From assembly GCF_000143415.4 (NCBI RefSeq), contig NW_003314317.1:1164164-1228163 (forward strand): a stretch of DNA of 64,000 nt, read 5' to 3'. Numbering within the stretch: position 1 is the stretch's first letter; each line of letters starts with the position of its first letter. The DNA comes from Selaginella moellendorffii (lineage: Eukaryota; Plantae; Lycopodiophyta). Shown piece after piece: positions 9,618-23,206 of this stretch. The translations under genes were made by a program, and so were the position numbers. Under the pieces are notes generated by a model. The model ran no database searches and was not told the DNA's origin. It saw only the letters and a program-made list of their open reading frames with translations.

Positions 9618-12089
9618 ATGTTTTTAGGGCTGTTGCCCATGCTGGGGCATGGCGGATTGGAGCTCGGGAATCCGGCTCCTGGATCCCGGTACAGGACCCG
9701 CGGAGAGATCGCCGTGACGATCGGCGCTCTCAAGGTATGCTCGGGGGATTTAGAACGGGGTAAGATGCTTCATCTCGATGCGATCGAGAGTGGGATTCAC
9801 ACGCACCCTCACGTCGCGGCGGCGCTGGTGAGCATGTATGCGAGGTGTGGGAGCTTGGCGGAGGCGCACAGGGTTTTCGAAGAGATGCCTCGGCGTAATG
9901 TGGTCTCTTGGAACGCATTGATTCAGGGGTATGCCGAGAATGGACAGGAGAATTTGGCTATGGAATCGTTCGTGGTAATGCAGGACAGGGAAGGACTTTG
10001 TCCGAATTCTCAGACTTTTGTGGCGGTTCTCAAGGCTTGCACCAACATGGCAACTAAAGGAGAGAGAGCAGGCGATGGGGTCTCGGTGAAAGAACAGGCT
10101 TTAGAGAAGGGGATGGCGCTTCACTCTCACGCAACAGTCAGTGGATTCGAGTTGAATGAGTTTGTGGCGAACAGTCTTGTGGAGATGTACGCGAAGTCTG
10201 GAAGCATGGAGGATGCGAGCCGAGTTTTCTTCGGGATGAAATCACGGAGCGTCGTTTCGTGGACTGCTATGATACTTGGTTTCGCAGAAAATGGTGAAGA
10301 AGAACTTGCTCTGGAGCTGTTCGACCTCATGCTAGAGACTCAAAGTTGCCGGCCAGATGCGCTTACATTTGTTGCTGCTATCAAGGGCTGCACACGCTTA
10401 GCTATCAAGGAAGAAGGGAGGCTGATCGGGAAGAGCCTTGTCAAAGTCACAAGTCTGGAGAAAGGCAAGATCGTCCACACTAGAGCTAGAAACAGCGGCT
10501 GCCAGTCGAGCATTGTTTTGGAGAGCGCACTTGTGGACATGTACTCGAAGTGTGGCAGCATGGTGGATGCACGAAGGGTCTTTGACAGCGCGAAGTGTCA
10601 CAACGTTGTGTCCTGGAACTCACTGATACAGGGATATGTCGAAAACGGGGAAGAAGATTTGGCTCTTGAGTCACTCCTTCGCATGCAAGCGGAAGAGAAC
10701 TGTCAGCCAGATGCTCGCACGTTTGTCGCAGCTTTTAAAGCATGCGGTGGCTTGGCGGCGAAAGAGAATGGCAAGAAGCTGGACGATCTTCCAAAGCTGG
10801 TGAAGGTTCAGTCTCTAGAGAAAGGCATGGCCTTGCACGCTCGGCTGGCAAAGAGCACTTGCGGCCCGGACGTGTTCCTGACGAATACCTTGGTAGACAT
10901 GTACGCTCGGTGCAGAAGCATGCAAGACTCTCAGAAGGCATTCGATCAAAGTTCCCATCATACTACAGTTTCGTGGAACGCCTTGATTCTTGGATACGCA
11001 GAAAACGGGGAAGGCGAAGCTGCTCTCGAGTTTTTTCAACAAATGTTAGCAGCAGGGGAGTGTCCACCGGATTGTCTCACGTACGTTGCCGCGCTCAAAG
11101 CTTGCAACACCGTAGCAGTGACGGAGAAACAACTTGTAAATGGTAAGCCACATAACTGGAGATCACTTGAGACTAAATTTGCTATCCACTCGCATGCCTG
11201 TGCTCACCCTGACGTGTTTCTCGCCAACACACTTGTGGATGCTTATGCGAGCTCTGGAAACATGTTCGATGCTCGCAGGGTATTCGAGAGTATGAACTTT
11301 CGTACTCTTGTTTCCTGGAACACTCTATTGCATGCATATGCTGACTGCGGGCAGGTAGAAGAAACTCTGGAGCTGTTTCCTTGGATGAAGAAGGACGGAT
11401 ACAGGCCAGATTGTCGAACTTTTGCTGCTCTACTCAAGGCCTGTGGACTCTTGGTGACTTTGAGTATTGGGAAAGCAGTCTACAGAGATATATGCCGAAG
11501 TGGTTTCGAGGACGACATGGTTTTACTCACGGCATCGGTGGACATGTTTGGGAAATGTGGGAGCATGGCCGAGGCACAACATATCTGCGATTCTAGCACA
11601 AGTTCTGAAGTTGTGACCGCACTAGTAGTCGGATACAGTCGACAAGGAGACGTTGGACGTGTTTTGGGCCTGTATCATCAGATGAGGGACGAAGGTGTGA
11701 AGATCACCAGTAATTGCTTCGTGTCAGTTCTCGCTGCATGCAGCCACGGTGGCCTCGTTGAAACCGGCAAGAAGATTTTCCGGACAATGACCTCCCAAGA
11801 GTTTGGAATTGTCCCGGGAATGGAGCACTACGTCTGTATGGTGGATGTCCTCGGCCGCGCTAATCAACTCGACGAGGCAGTCGAAATGGTGAAGAGGATG
11901 CCTTTCGACGCAAACGCCATGATCTGGATGACAGTTCTTGCTGCATGCTGCAAGTGGAACAATTTGGAAACTGGAAGGCTGGCCTTCGACAGATTGGTCA
12001 GTTTAGATGCAAGCAACGGAGCAGCTTACACCTTGATGGCCAACCTCTGCAAGAACAGTGATCACCAGGAGCTTTCGAATCACCAGTAG
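9618..12089 (+). CDS. PLS-class PPR protein (E-type, no DYW) with extended L motifs
   Basis: 823-aa intronless ORF; repeated LVxMYAKCGS...[10 protein letters not shown] triplets; [12 protein letters not shown] and [10 protein letters not shown] (S2/E1). Confidence 0.92.
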   Translation: MFLGLLPMLGHGGLELGNPAPGSRYRTRGEIAVTIGALKVCSGDLERGKMLHLDAIESGIHTHPHVAAALVSMYARCGSLAEAHRVFEEMPRRNVVSWNALIQGYAENGQENLAMESFVVMQDREGLCPNSQTFVAVLKACTNMATKGERAGDGVSVKEQALEKGMALHSHATVSGFELNEFVANSLVEMYAKSGSMEDASRVFFGMKSRSVVSWTAMILGFAENGEEELALELFDLMLETQSCRPDALTFVAAIKGCTRLAIKEEGRLIGKSLVKVTSLEKGKIVHTRARNSGCQSSIVLESALVDMYSKCGSMVDARRVFDSAKCHNVVSWNSLIQGYVENGEEDLALESLLRMQAEENCQPDARTFVAAFKACGGLAAKENGKKLDDLPKLVKVQSLEKGMALHARLAKSTCGPDVFLTNTLVDMYARCRSMQDSQKAFDQSSHHTTVSWNALILGYAENGEGEAALEFFQQMLAAGECPPDCLTYVAALKACNTVAVTEKQLVNGKPHNWRSLETKFAIHSHACAHPDVFLANTLVDAYASSGNMFDARRVFESMNFRTLVSWNTLLHAYADCGQVEETLELFPWMKKDGYRPDCRTFAALLKACGLLVTLSIGKAVYRDICRSGFEDDMVLLTASVDMFGKCGSMAEAQHICDSSTSSEVVTALVVGYSRQGDVGRVLGLYHQMRDEGVKITSNCFVSVLAACSHGGLVETGKKIFRTMTSQEFGIVPGMEHYVCMVDVLGRANQLDEAVEMVKRMPFDANAMIWMTVLAACCKWNNLETGRLAFDRLVSLDASNGAAYTLMANLCKNSDHQELSNHQ

Positions 12090-12400
12090 TCACCGCAAGA
12101 ACAGGTACCATTCTCAAAGTTATGGAACCTGTATCCATCACGAACTATGATTTCTCGCTGCAGCAACTTGGAGAAACTTGGTAGCTGGAAGGCTGGCCTT
12201 CGACAGATTGGTCAGTTTAGATGCAAGCAACGGAGCAACTTACACCTTGATGGCCAACCTCTGCAAGAACAGTGATCACCAGGAGCTTTCGAATCACCAG
12301 TAGTCACCGCAAGAACAGGTACCGTTCTCAAAGTTATGGAACCTGTATCCATCACGAACTATGATTTCTCGCTGCAGCAACTTGGACAGAAACTTGGTAG
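11971..12400. repeat. ~215-bp tandem duplication of the convergent PPR/PPR-DYW junction
   Basis: ctggaaggctggcc...aacttggtag occurs at 11971-12184 and 12185-12400, nearly identical (copy 1 has a 2-nt deletion). Confidence 0.95.
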
Positions 12401-15215
12401 CAGTGTGACAATCCGAGCAGACACGCAAGTTCTTCATTATCCTAATCGGCGTCCCCGGCTCACAGGCGATGCTTGCAAACGCTATGGCGAGCTTCTCGCT
12501 ATGGTAACTCAGCAACACCTCCTTCTCCTCGTCCAGGACGCTGTGAAGAACAGCCTTGGTGTCCGGCTGGTAGCCGGCCTTCTTCATCAACTCCTGGAGT
12601 CTGCTAAGCTCGGACAGAATCTCCTGGTGCCGGGGATGCGAAGCCTCTCCAGCAACGAACCTGTGAAGAACGCCGTCGACTCTGATCAAGCTCACTCCCG
12701 GCTGCTTCTTCACACCCCGAGCTTTCATCCGGTTCCTCACAGCAAGCGCATCGGCCACTCGACCAACGGAAGAGTACATGTTGGCCAGAAGAACGTAAGG
12801 CCCGGAGCTCTGATCATCAAACTGGAGCAAGCTCTCGGCAGCCCGGGTTCCCAGCTTCACGTCACTGTGAGTTTTGCAAGAACCAAGCAATGATCCCCAG
12901 GCTCCAACGTCGGGGATAAACGGCATGGTCTCCAGGAGCTCTCTGGCCGCTCCGAGCTGCCCCGCGCGTCCCAAAACATCCACCATTCGGCAGTAGTGCT
13001 CTCGCCAAGGGATCAAACCATGGTCTCCTTGCATGGAAGTGAAATGCGTCCATCCTTCCTCGACCAGGCCAACATGACTACACGCTATCAAAATTCCCAT
13101 GAAGGTGATATGGTCGGGCTTGGCTCCTTCGTTCCTCATCACGTACAAGTACCGTACTGCGGCCATTCCGTGGCCACAGCTGGCCATACCAGCAATGAGG
13201 GAGTTCCAGGACACGACGTTTCGGTACGGCATTTTGGCGAATAGCTCTTGGGCCTCCGCGAGGCGTCCGTGCTGGGCCAGCATGGCCACCATGGCCGTCC
13301 ACGTCACGGTATCTTTCTCGTCCATGGAGTAGAATATGCGCCTTGCCTCCGCGAGGTCCATGTTGTGGGCATATGCCACGACCATCACGTTGTGTGAGAC
13401 GACGTTCTTGTGTGGGATCGAATCAAAAATGGACTTCGCCTCGTCAAGATTCCCGGCTTGGGCATATGCCGCGACCATGGTGTTCCACGAGACCAGAGTC
13501 TTTTGCTTGATGCTATCAAACATCGCCTTTGCGTGATCGAGCATTTGGGCGCTCGAGTAAGCCTCCATCATCGCATTGCAAGCTATCACGTCGGGGTTCT
13601 TGATTGAATCAAACATCTCTCGCGCATCTTTGATATACCCGTTTTGGGCATATGCAACGATCATGGATGTCCGAGTGCTTTGATCTGGATCCGGCAAGGT
13701 ATCGAGCATCTTTCTCGCTTGGACGACCTCCCCGTTCTGGCTGTAAGCGATGATCATGGCCGTGTGTGACACGCGGTTTCTCTCGGGCATGAGAGCGTAC
13801 ACTCGCTTGGACTCGGTCAGCTGCCCGTTGACTCCGTACGCCTGGATCAGAGCCGTCCATGCCACGAGATCGCGCTCCGGAATGAGGTCGTACAGCACCT
13901 CCGCCTCCTCGAGCTGCCCGTTCTGGCCGCTGACCGCAATGAGAGCCGTCCACGCCACGACGTCGTGACGTGGCATTCTCTCGAACGTGGATCTTGCCAG
14001 GTGGACGTGCCCGGCCTGGGCGTACGCCGAGAGCAGCGCGTTCCACGACACCTCCTCGCGGCGTGGCATCTCGTCGAATATCCTCCTTGCCTGTCCGGGC
14101 TGAAGGCTCTGGGAATATGCCGCGATCATGGAGTTGAACGCCACCACCCCGCGCTGGGGCATTTTCGAAAACGCCAGCTCAGCTTCCCGCGCGCCGCACT
14201 TGTGGGCGTACGCTCCAATCAGCGCGTTCCACGACACGTCGTCTCGCCGGGCAGCCCTGTCGAATATCCTCCGCGCCTCTTCCACAAGGCCATGGCGCGA
14301 GTAGGCCGAGAGCATGCTCGTCCATAGCGTGGGATCTTGCTGGGGCATTCTTCGCGAAAGATTCTCGGCCTCGCCAATCTTCCCCTGGTCGATGTAGATC
14401 TGGATCATGAAGCTGTAGCTCACGGCGTTGCGATCGGGCATGGCGGTGAAGATCTCCACGGCGTGGCCGAGGATCTCCTGGACGGCACAGGCCTTGATCA
14501 TCAGCGTACACGACACGATGTCCTGCTGCGGCGTTCGATCGAAGAGCTCCTTGGCGGAATCAAGGTCGCCCGACTGGGCATAGGCGGTGAGCATTGCATT
14601 CCAGGAGATTTTGTCCCTCCCTGGCGCGCGATCGAACACGCCCTTGGCCTCTGGGATCATCCTGTTGTCGGAGTATCCAGTGATAAGCGCGTTCCAGGAG
14701 ATTACGTTGTGTTCGGGCGTGCGATCGAACATCGCGGTGGCGCCGGCAAGATCCCCGCTCTGGGCGTAGCCCGTGATCATGGAATTCCACGACGAGGAGC
14801 TCCAACGCGGCATCCTGGCGAAGATCTCGTCGGCATTGGACATGAATCCATGCTGCGAGAAGCCGGCGATGAGGCTGTTCCAGGAAACCACATTGTGGGA
14901 AGGGATTTGGTCGAAGATTGCCTTGGCGCTGCCAAGATCGCCATTCTCGGAGTAAACTTGCATGAGGATACAGCGTGAGAAGACATTGGGCTCGGGCAAT
15001 TCATTGAACACCGCCTGTGCATCATCGATCCGGCTACATTTGCCATACATTTGAATGATCAGATTTTGGAGGAATAGATTGCCCCGGTGCTCCCCATCCG
15101 CGATCTGGTTGTGGATCTTTCTACCCTGTGCGAGATCCTTAGCGATGCCACACGATCGTATTGCTGTGGCTAGTGCGTTCTGCAGCTCCCTGACCTGTGT
15201 TTTCAGCAAGGACAT
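12294..15215 (-). CDS. PPR-DYW organellar C-to-U RNA editing factor
   Basis: Intronless ORF of ~31-aa SS-like repeats; PG box (KKQPGVS), HSEKLA, CSDCH and terminal CSCGDYW all intact; first ATG at 15215. Confidence 0.96.
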   Translation of the reverse strand: MSLLKTQVRELQNALATAIRSCGIAKDLAQGRKIHNQIADGEHRGNLFLQNLIIQMYGKCSRIDDAQAVFNELPEPNVFSRCILMQVYSENGDLGSAKAIFDQIPSHNVVSWNSLIAGFSQHGFMSNADEIFARMPRWSSSSWNSMITGYAQSGDLAGATAMFDRTPEHNVISWNALITGYSDNRMIPEAKGVFDRAPGRDKISWNAMLTAYAQSGDLDSAKELFDRTPQQDIVSCTLMIKACAVQEILGHAVEIFTAMPDRNAVSYSFMIQIYIDQGKIGEAENLSRRMPQQDPTLWTSMLSAYSRHGLVEEARRIFDRAARRDDVSWNALIGAYAHKCGAREAELAFSKMPQRGVVAFNSMIAAYSQSLQPGQARRIFDEMPRREEVSWNALLSAYAQAGHVHLARSTFERMPRHDVVAWTALIAVSGQNGQLEEAEVLYDLIPERDLVAWTALIQAYGVNGQLTESKRVYALMPERNRVSHTAMIIAYSQNGEVVQARKMLDTLPDPDQSTRTSMIVAYAQNGYIKDAREMFDSIKNPDVIACNAMMEAYSSAQMLDHAKAMFDSIKQKTLVSWNTMVAAYAQAGNLDEAKSIFDSIPHKNVVSHNVMVVAYAHNMDLAEARRIFYSMDEKDTVTWTAMVAMLAQHGRLAEAQELFAKMPYRNVVSWNSLIAGMASCGHGMAAVRYLYVMRNEGAKPDHITFMGILIACSHVGLVEEGWTHFTSMQGDHGLIPWREHYCRMVDVLGRAGQLGAARELLETMPFIPDVGAWGSLLGSCKTHSDVKLGTRAAESLLQFDDQSSGPYVLLANMYSSVGRVADALAVRNRMKARGVKKQPGVSLIRVDGVLHRFVAGEASHPRHQEILSELSRLQELMKKAGYQPDTKAVLHSVLDEEKEVLLSYHSEKLAIAFASIACEPGTPIRIMKNLRVCSDCHTATKFLSKLLQREIIVRDGYRFHNFENGTCSCGDYW

Positions 15216-17259
15216 AGATTTCAAAAGCTAAACCCGGTTGATCCATATTATGGATAAAGAAAAGGTGGTAATATAAACTAATATATTTCCTTACTGAATT
15301 TTTAAGAAATAGTAAATAACTTTTTTTTCTCTAACTTCAATTAATAATATCATATTTATCTAAGTAAAAGATAAAATATTTTATGGGTTACTAGTAATGC
15401 CTGACAAATACTGGCTGGATAAATAAGTTTTAACTAACCTTGGAATTTAGATTTTAATTAATAATAAAATATTAAAATATGGAAACAAAAGAATTGGAAC
15501 TAGCATGGGACAATTTTAATAATGTATTGCATTTTATTAAGTTTTATTTACTTAAGTTACTTGTTGTTGCATGCACTTATGCTTAGAGGCTTACCATTCC
15601 TAATCTCGATCCTCATGCTAAAAGTGTCAATTCTAACATCTCATCAACTTGATATGCATGAGATTAAAAACAAAAGTTATTATCATTCCATCTCTAAGAA
15701 AAAGAGAATATTTTGCATTGATCCTTTAACTTGGTTCATTTCAAACAACACTCCATCACCTCTATTACCCCCGCCCCCCCCAGATAGATGCTCTAGATAA
15801 CAAATTCTATCAAGTGAAGAGTGGCCATTGGCTTAAAAAATGTTACTTGTATTAAACACCACATATTATCTTGTGATATGTCATTGATGTGACACTTTGC
15901 TATGTGGAAAAAACATTAAGAAATATCAACCAAAAAATGTTATTTATATAGTGGCAATACTGAATCAAAAGTTGAAGTAATCCACATGTCATTTGGTTGC
16001 TATAAGAATGTTGTAAAAATGCATGTTAAAAGAAAATTATATACTTGTAAGTAGATGTAATTCCAATGGTAGATGTTGCATGTTCGTGTGAACTGGAAGA
16101 GTGTTAGTATGATATAGACATTAGCGAACTCTTTTACAAGAGTATTTGATCATGATATATTAGTTAAAAGAGACAAATAAAAGAAGTAAACATACCACTA
16201 ATATCAAGTATGTTATTGGAATTTTATCAATTGTAATGCAAATTAAATTGTCATTTGAAAGTAAAAGTGTAATATACCACTAATGTCAGGAGTGCCAAGT
16301 TCACATTAACTATAGGGCAAATTTGATTAATCAAAGAAGAAAACAATGTATGAACCATTAGATTATGCAATCCAAGAATATTGTGGTGCTTGGTGATAGT
16401 AGGTTTTGTTACAACATAGTTCATAGTTATTTTTATTTTTATTCCTTGATATAGCATGCTTATAATGTTATAGATAAATTTTGATTATTATAAGTTTAAG
16501 AATTGGCTATATATATTGTCAACCTTGTGAACTAGTGATGTAGTAGAAATATAGTCAATTGCATCATCACTTGAAGACAACACATATACTTTCCATTATT
16601 GGAAAAACAAAGAACTTTAGGAATGTTGAAAGTATAAGAAATATATCATCAATGGAGCAAATTCATGTATGAATATAAATATGTTACATAGAAACAACCA
16701 ATAGAAATAATGCAGCTTGTCTATGAGAGATGAGGTTGTATTAGTACAAACATAATTTTATAAATTACAACTAGGGAATGTATCTAGTGTTATTATATAT
16801 AGGTATATATAGTTTCTAGAAAGGCTCAGTTCAATGTTTTAAACAAAGCTTGGTTGGTATACAAGCTCCTTAGGTTTCTCTGTAGCCTATCATTTCTAGA
16901 AAGGCTTGAAAAATTAGTGTTTTAAATGTCATGCATGCTCACTAATAGCAATTGGTAGAATGCCATGTTTTCTTCCTCCAATAGCACACCAAGGATCAAG
17001 GAACATAAATAGTAGCAAAGGAGCTAGCTATGTTTGAGCATTCCATCTATAAAAAAATAAAGAATAAATTTATATCCACCTTACTATGTAAAAGGTGGCA
17101 CAACTCTTTATCATTCTCCAAGAAACCTTTTAACACTAATAAATTGGATGAGCATAAATTTTGTGGATAGAACAATAGAGTTAAATCACTCTTGTGCAAC
17201 AAGAATATTAAAGGATTAAACTACCACTCATTTACCTAGAGAATTGAATTTGTTTTTAA

Positions 17260-18360
17260 AAAAGTCTATAGTAATATATAGGCAACCAAAGGGAATAACT
17301 CAAGAGATATTTATAAAGGTTCAAATATAAAGAGAAAGGGTGCACCTTTTTTTTCCAATTAATTAAAGATCTTGGGATATTTGAAGTTAATTGTCTTTGG
17401 GTTTAAATAGTACTGGATTGGATGACTTCCCAGAAAATCCAAATCCACTAGCTTCCATTTGGTATTCCATTTGGTATTAAAGGTTTCAGATCCGACTCAA
17501 TTGATTGGTTAAGGGAATCACACTATATGTTGAGATTGACATCTAGCAAATTTAGTTTACCTCTGACTATGCTCGACCTAAAGAGTAGGGTGTCAAAAGA
17601 GCAGGGCTCTTAAAAAGGTTGTAATTTTAAGCTTCCACTCACGAGAGCGTGAACTTTGTAACCACATGTTAAAATTAGCATCTAGCAAATCTAATTTGCC
17701 TCCAATTAAGTTTAACCCGAGGGGTAGGGTGTTAAAAGAGCAAGGCTTTCTGAAAAGTTGTAACTCTTACCTTTCATTCATAAAAGTGTGAATAAAAGGG
17801 AACAACTAAAAAGATAATTCATAAGGGTTCAAATATAGAAAGAAAGGGCATATGAATAAGAGTGCACCTCCTTTTTTAATTGATTAAAAGTCTTGGGATA
17901 TTTAAGGTTAAATATCCTTGGGTTTAAATAGTACTATGTTAGGTGACCTCCTGATAAATCCAAATCTAACAGCTTATATGATAATAGAAGTGTTAACAAT
18001 ATACTATATCAATTGATTTCTTATGGCACTCAATTTCTGGATAACATGAGGTTAAGTATCCTTGGGTGTAAAAAGTATTGCGTTAGGTGACCTCCTAGAA
18101 AGTTTAAATCCAACAATTTACATAATAATAGAAGTATTAACAACATACTAGATCAATTCATTTCTTTTAGCACTCAATTGGGTTGAGTGACCTCCTAAGA
18201 AGTCCAAATAGAAGTATTAACAATATACTAGATCAATTGATTTCTTATAGCACTCAACTAGGTTGAGTGACCTCACGAAAAGTCCAAATCTAACAGTTTA
18301 TATAATAATAAAAGTGTTAACAACATACTAGATCAATTAATTTTTTATAGCACTCAACTG
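17260..18360. repeat. Degenerate AT-rich repeat family with local tandem copies
   Basis: Blocks repeated at ~17290/17797 and ~17535/17675; gtgacctc...gatcaatt...agcactcaa units at 17940-18360; an inverted relative at ~28020-28155. Confidence 0.7.
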
Positions 18361-19699
18361 CTGTATAATATGACCATGGCACTCTACTACTACCTAGAGT
18401 GCTAATCACACTCCACTACTCTAGAGTGTTTGCTCCACTGTTAATATAGCATGACAAAGGACAATCACTCAACATTCCCATTCATAAACCATAGAGCTCC
18501 TTGGCCACCATCACTAGCACTTGGTGGCCGCTAATAAACATCTTTGTGCTTGAGTGACACAAACTCTTACACCTTTATCTCTAGCCCTGGGTGTTTCCTC
18601 CCCCACTTCCCCTAGAAAGTTCATAGTTGAAGAGCTGCAGTAAAGAGGGGTTTTATCCCTTAAAACAAATAGGTGTTGCTCACACCATTGCCTATTGGAC
18701 GACCCAACCTTGCAAATATTTTTCAAAAGGACGTGCAATAAAAAAGTAATGTTTATTGGGTTACCCACATCCAATAGCACTAATTAGCCAAATCAAACAA
18801 CCCACAAATTTGATTTAGTAGATGTAGATTAAAAAAATTAACACTAAGCTAATCTAGATTAAGATAAAAATCAGGTTTGTGGACCATACTAAGTGGTAAC
18901 TTTTATCTCTTATTTGAAACTTTGTATAATGGCAAGGGAATGTGGTCCTCCTCCATGGCTAGAGGAGCAATTGGCATTGGTGTTTGTGCAACTTGCACAA
19001 AATCATGTAGGCATATAATAAGTGTTGCAAGCATTTAACAATGAACTATACTAGTTACAATCCTTGTCTTCATCTGACACTAGTTAGATTATTAATAAAG
19101 GATGCATACTCTTAGATTGAGCATTTGGCATAGTGGCTACTAAAATAGTTAGGATGATGTGGTGAAGCTTTATGAACTTCCTTTATACTTGTAAAGTAAT
19201 ATAGCCTTAAAGTTTGCAAACTTTATAACACCTCATGATGATGTCCTTAAATTGTAACATCAATAAGGTCAAAATGCAATCTTCTTTGGAGAAGGCATGA
19301 AGAATTTCTCAAGTGGATCAAGTTGGGTTTTCTTTATTATTTTTGGCCAAAATGTAGTGTTTGTTTGTGGCCATCATCCATAACATGAAGGAGGTAAAGT
19401 TCTTAATGCCATATCCATGTGGCATACATTCCTTTCCTCATCCTACACTTAACAAATCTTTGATACCAATGGAGGTGGACACTCCAACCATTTCAGTGGC
19501 ACATGAACAAAATAGCTATGACAACTAGGGTAAGCACGCTTATGGTTAGGTGAGGAAAGAATAGAGGATGTGTTCATAGATTATAATGTTATAATTGTTA
19601 AAGTTGAGGGCATATCATGGTAAACTATAGCAATTGCATCAGATGTTGAAAATGCATACGTAATTTGTAAAATAAACTATAACTAAAGACAATCTTAAT

Positions 19700-21572
19700 A
19701 TAACTTAGTGACAATTAAGGATAATTGAGGATAACTAATTGAATACAACCAAAGACAAACTAGTCTATGTGGTGGCTTATTACTTCAATTATTTAGTGTA
19801 AGTAGCTAAAAAGAATGACTCGAGATGATTCATAGGGTTCAAATATAAAGGGGTAACAAACCAAAAGTTCTAGATATTTTCTAGATAAAATTGATCATTA
19901 TAACCTCTAGAGATTATATATTACCTGGCCATATAATGAAAGAAATTAAAATGGGGCTTCATCTTATTTGTGATCAAGCTTTGAAGCTTATCTCATGAAG
20001 CCTCTTAAGCTTGAGAGGCAAAAATATCACATCCCTAGAATTTGTCTTCTAGGAGCACTACACACTTCTTGCCACTCTTTTACCTTGCATCATCATGCAT
20101 TAGAAAAAATCTATGGCACTGAGAATTTTAGTGAAGCCTTGTAAGTGTGTCCACAATTTATTTAATCTATGATTGAGGTTGTGATGGGTAGATAGAAAAA
20201 GTCATGATGCCCCATCCGTAGCTTATTTTTAGCCATTCCATAGCCAATAAGATTCTAGAATATTCTATAACCAAATCAGTTTCTTTTTGGCCAATTTTTT
20301 TAAAAAGTAGTATGGAGTAAATAATGAAGATGTGCTTCATGCTAGCTTTATCTATGAATAAGTAATAAGGAATTCATTAATATCATTAATTCTTACATGT
20401 CCAAGTTTGTTATAACTTCTAAAATGGTTAGATATACAATATAAATAGGAGAAAATAATTCTTTATCAAGATTTATTTATCAATACTCTGAACTTCCTTT
20501 TGCAACTACTAACAATTTAGCAAAGCCTTTATCATTAGCTTTAAAGGTCTAAATTAAGAAAGCCACAGAAATGACAATTATCATCCTACTTTGCTTTACA
20601 AGACTAAAAATGAGACAAAAGACAAACAAACTCTTTAAACAATAGTATGAATGCAAGCAATAATTCAAGTTGATGAATTTAGAATATGAAACCTACTAAA
20701 TGAAACCTTTTCACACTGCTAGCATTTATTGCAGGTTGTACTTTTAATGTCTAACATGGCTTTCTTATAACATCCATGGACATAAAAACTTGCTACTAGC
20801 TTGCCACAGCTCTTACATGGTCACCATGTAAATGGTCTCTAGTATAATAACCTTGATATTGCATAAATAAAAGAGAAAAAATAACATAATAGTGCTTGGT
20901 GCTCCCTTGCATGCCTCCTCTAAAGAAGCAACTTCTAACCTTTAGAGATTATATGGCTGGCAGGTGACATGAGCAAGAGAAGTTAGAATGAAGCTTCCTC
21001 TTATTTGTAATTGACCTCTTGAAACTCATCCAATGAAATGTCTCATTCATAACTAAACTTGTAAGACATACATATTATGTCCCCAGAACTTGTGTTCCAA
21101 GAGCATTACACACTTGGTTGCTCTACATCGTCACATGTTGGAAGAAATTTATGGCACTAAGAATCTTCATGAAGCCTCCTAGATACATCCACAACTTATT
21201 TAATTTACAATTAAGGACTATAGTAAGCTAGCCAGTGCCACTAGGGCAAAGTTGTGCAATGACCAAACAGGAAAGCTCATGCCCTAATGGGCTATAATGC
21301 TCTATCCATGGCCCATTTGCATTCATTCCATAGCCAAGAAGATTCCAGCCTTGATGGGCTATGATGTCCATTAATAGCCCATTTGTAGCCATTCCATACG
21401 CAAAAAGATTCTAGTGAATATTTTATAACCAAGAAAGTTGGATCAAGTTTTTTCTTGCCAGTTCTAATTTGTCTTTATTTGTCTTTAGTTGTGTTAGTTG
21501 TCTTTGGTTGACTTCAGTTGACTTTAGTTGTTCTTGGTTATCTTCAGTTGTCCTCAGTTGTCACTAAATTAT
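19700..21572. mobile_element. Decayed TIR-bounded DNA element (non-autonomous)
   Basis: ttagtgacaattaaggataattgaggataact (~19705) is the reverse complement of ggttatcttcagttgtcctcagttgtcactaa (~21536-21567). Internal direct duplication ~19900-20300 / ~20935-21440. Confidence 0.5.
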
Positions 21573-23206
21573 TTAGAAAGAAGTTTATCTTAACTATTTA
21601 TTTAGAAAAACTACCTCATTATAATATAAGTTTTACTAGCATTTCTTATACTTATTTGATAGTGAGTTAACATTTATGTGTCTTTCACTTTAATTGCTAA
21701 CAATTTCATAAGTACTAGGTATTCTTAGGACTATTTATGTCTTTCATAGTTGTATTAAAAATTTAGGATGTTTAAGTTTTTCTATAATAGAGGTTTTAAT
21801 TCTTGAAAATAGGGAAAGTTTAATTTACATTTAAAAATTGTTATTTTTTCAGATGGATAAATAAATTATATTTAATTATAATTTTTCTATTCTTTATTTA
21901 TTTTATTTTACTTTCCACTAATTTATGGCAAATTGCACATTGGTGCCCCTTTTATTTACACATATGTGGATATTTGTTATTACACACATATATAAAATAT
22001 TATACACATAATCATGTTGATTGCTATAATAAGTTATTGTATGCATTTTAATATTTGAATGGGACTACTTACTTTTTTTAAGTGATTATTTATTTCACCT
22101 GTAAAATAATTAGCAGATCTGAAATATGTATATATAAATATTAAATGGTTTGATGGGATAAAATCATATTTTAGTGGACTCAGTTGCAATTACTTATGGA
22201 TGTGCCCCCATTATTACTATTTCTCATCATATTGACTTACTTTTCAATGCACCATTATACAAAACCACCCTTCTATAGAAGATCTCTCGCTTCAATTCTA
22301 ATTCATTATATGTGTGACAATACTTTATATTTTTCTTTACCCAGTAAGTAGCTAAATTTAAATATTGTAGTACTTAAACTTTAAAGTGTATAGTGTAAAG
22401 TTTAAATAGTGAAAAGTTCTATATTTAAAATACCTATAAAATAATGCAACTTAATCCATATACAAAAAAATATTAAACAAATGATTATAATTGGCTCCTT
22501 AATTGGTGTTTCAAGTTAAAAAATGTAATTAATATAATTTTAATTTGTATGGAATTCATCAAGAAATAAATAATTTAACATTATATCAAATTTATTTATT
22601 TAAAACTGATGGTTAATATGGATAGCAAGTTTAAGCACTTGGCTCAACTTTGAAGAGTGGTTCGTTTCTTGTTTTGAAGGGTTTATTTGACATATACCTT
22701 TCACTTTGAGCGTCTAATAAAATATATAGACTTTAAAATGTAATATATATATTCATGTTTTATAAGTATAATTAGTATAGATATATATAATGTTTATAGT
22801 AGATATACTTAATATTGTTACAAACACTTTAATACAATCATACTGCTTGATGTATTACATTATGTTTAACTCTTTATTAACTGTATTTATCACTATAAGT
22901 CTATAGTTAAAACTCATAATGGTTTCTGAGAACACTATATTTCATTATGAAATTTTATTTTTAATTTTAACCTTTTCTTTTGAAATGTTAAATAAGAAAT
23001 CATCATGTTATAAACAGTAAAATACCTGTTGAATTATACAAAAACTGTAAAACATTGAGACATGCTGAGAAGCATATAAATAAAAATTAAAGCAATTATA
23101 ATAAAATAGAGAGAATAAATATTAATATACGTTATTATATTTAAAATATTATAATTTTTGACAACTTGAAATCAATTTAGTTTTTAATTTCTTATTTCTA
23201 AAATTT

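Noticed and set aside
12336-15046. Numerous antisense and alternate-frame ORFs over the PPR, maturase and beta-helix genes
   Set aside because: Shadow ORFs of GC-rich coding sequence.
16050-16620. Possible Helitron/PIF1 helicase relic
   Set aside because: Only faint, frameshifted motif resemblance; needs tblastn.
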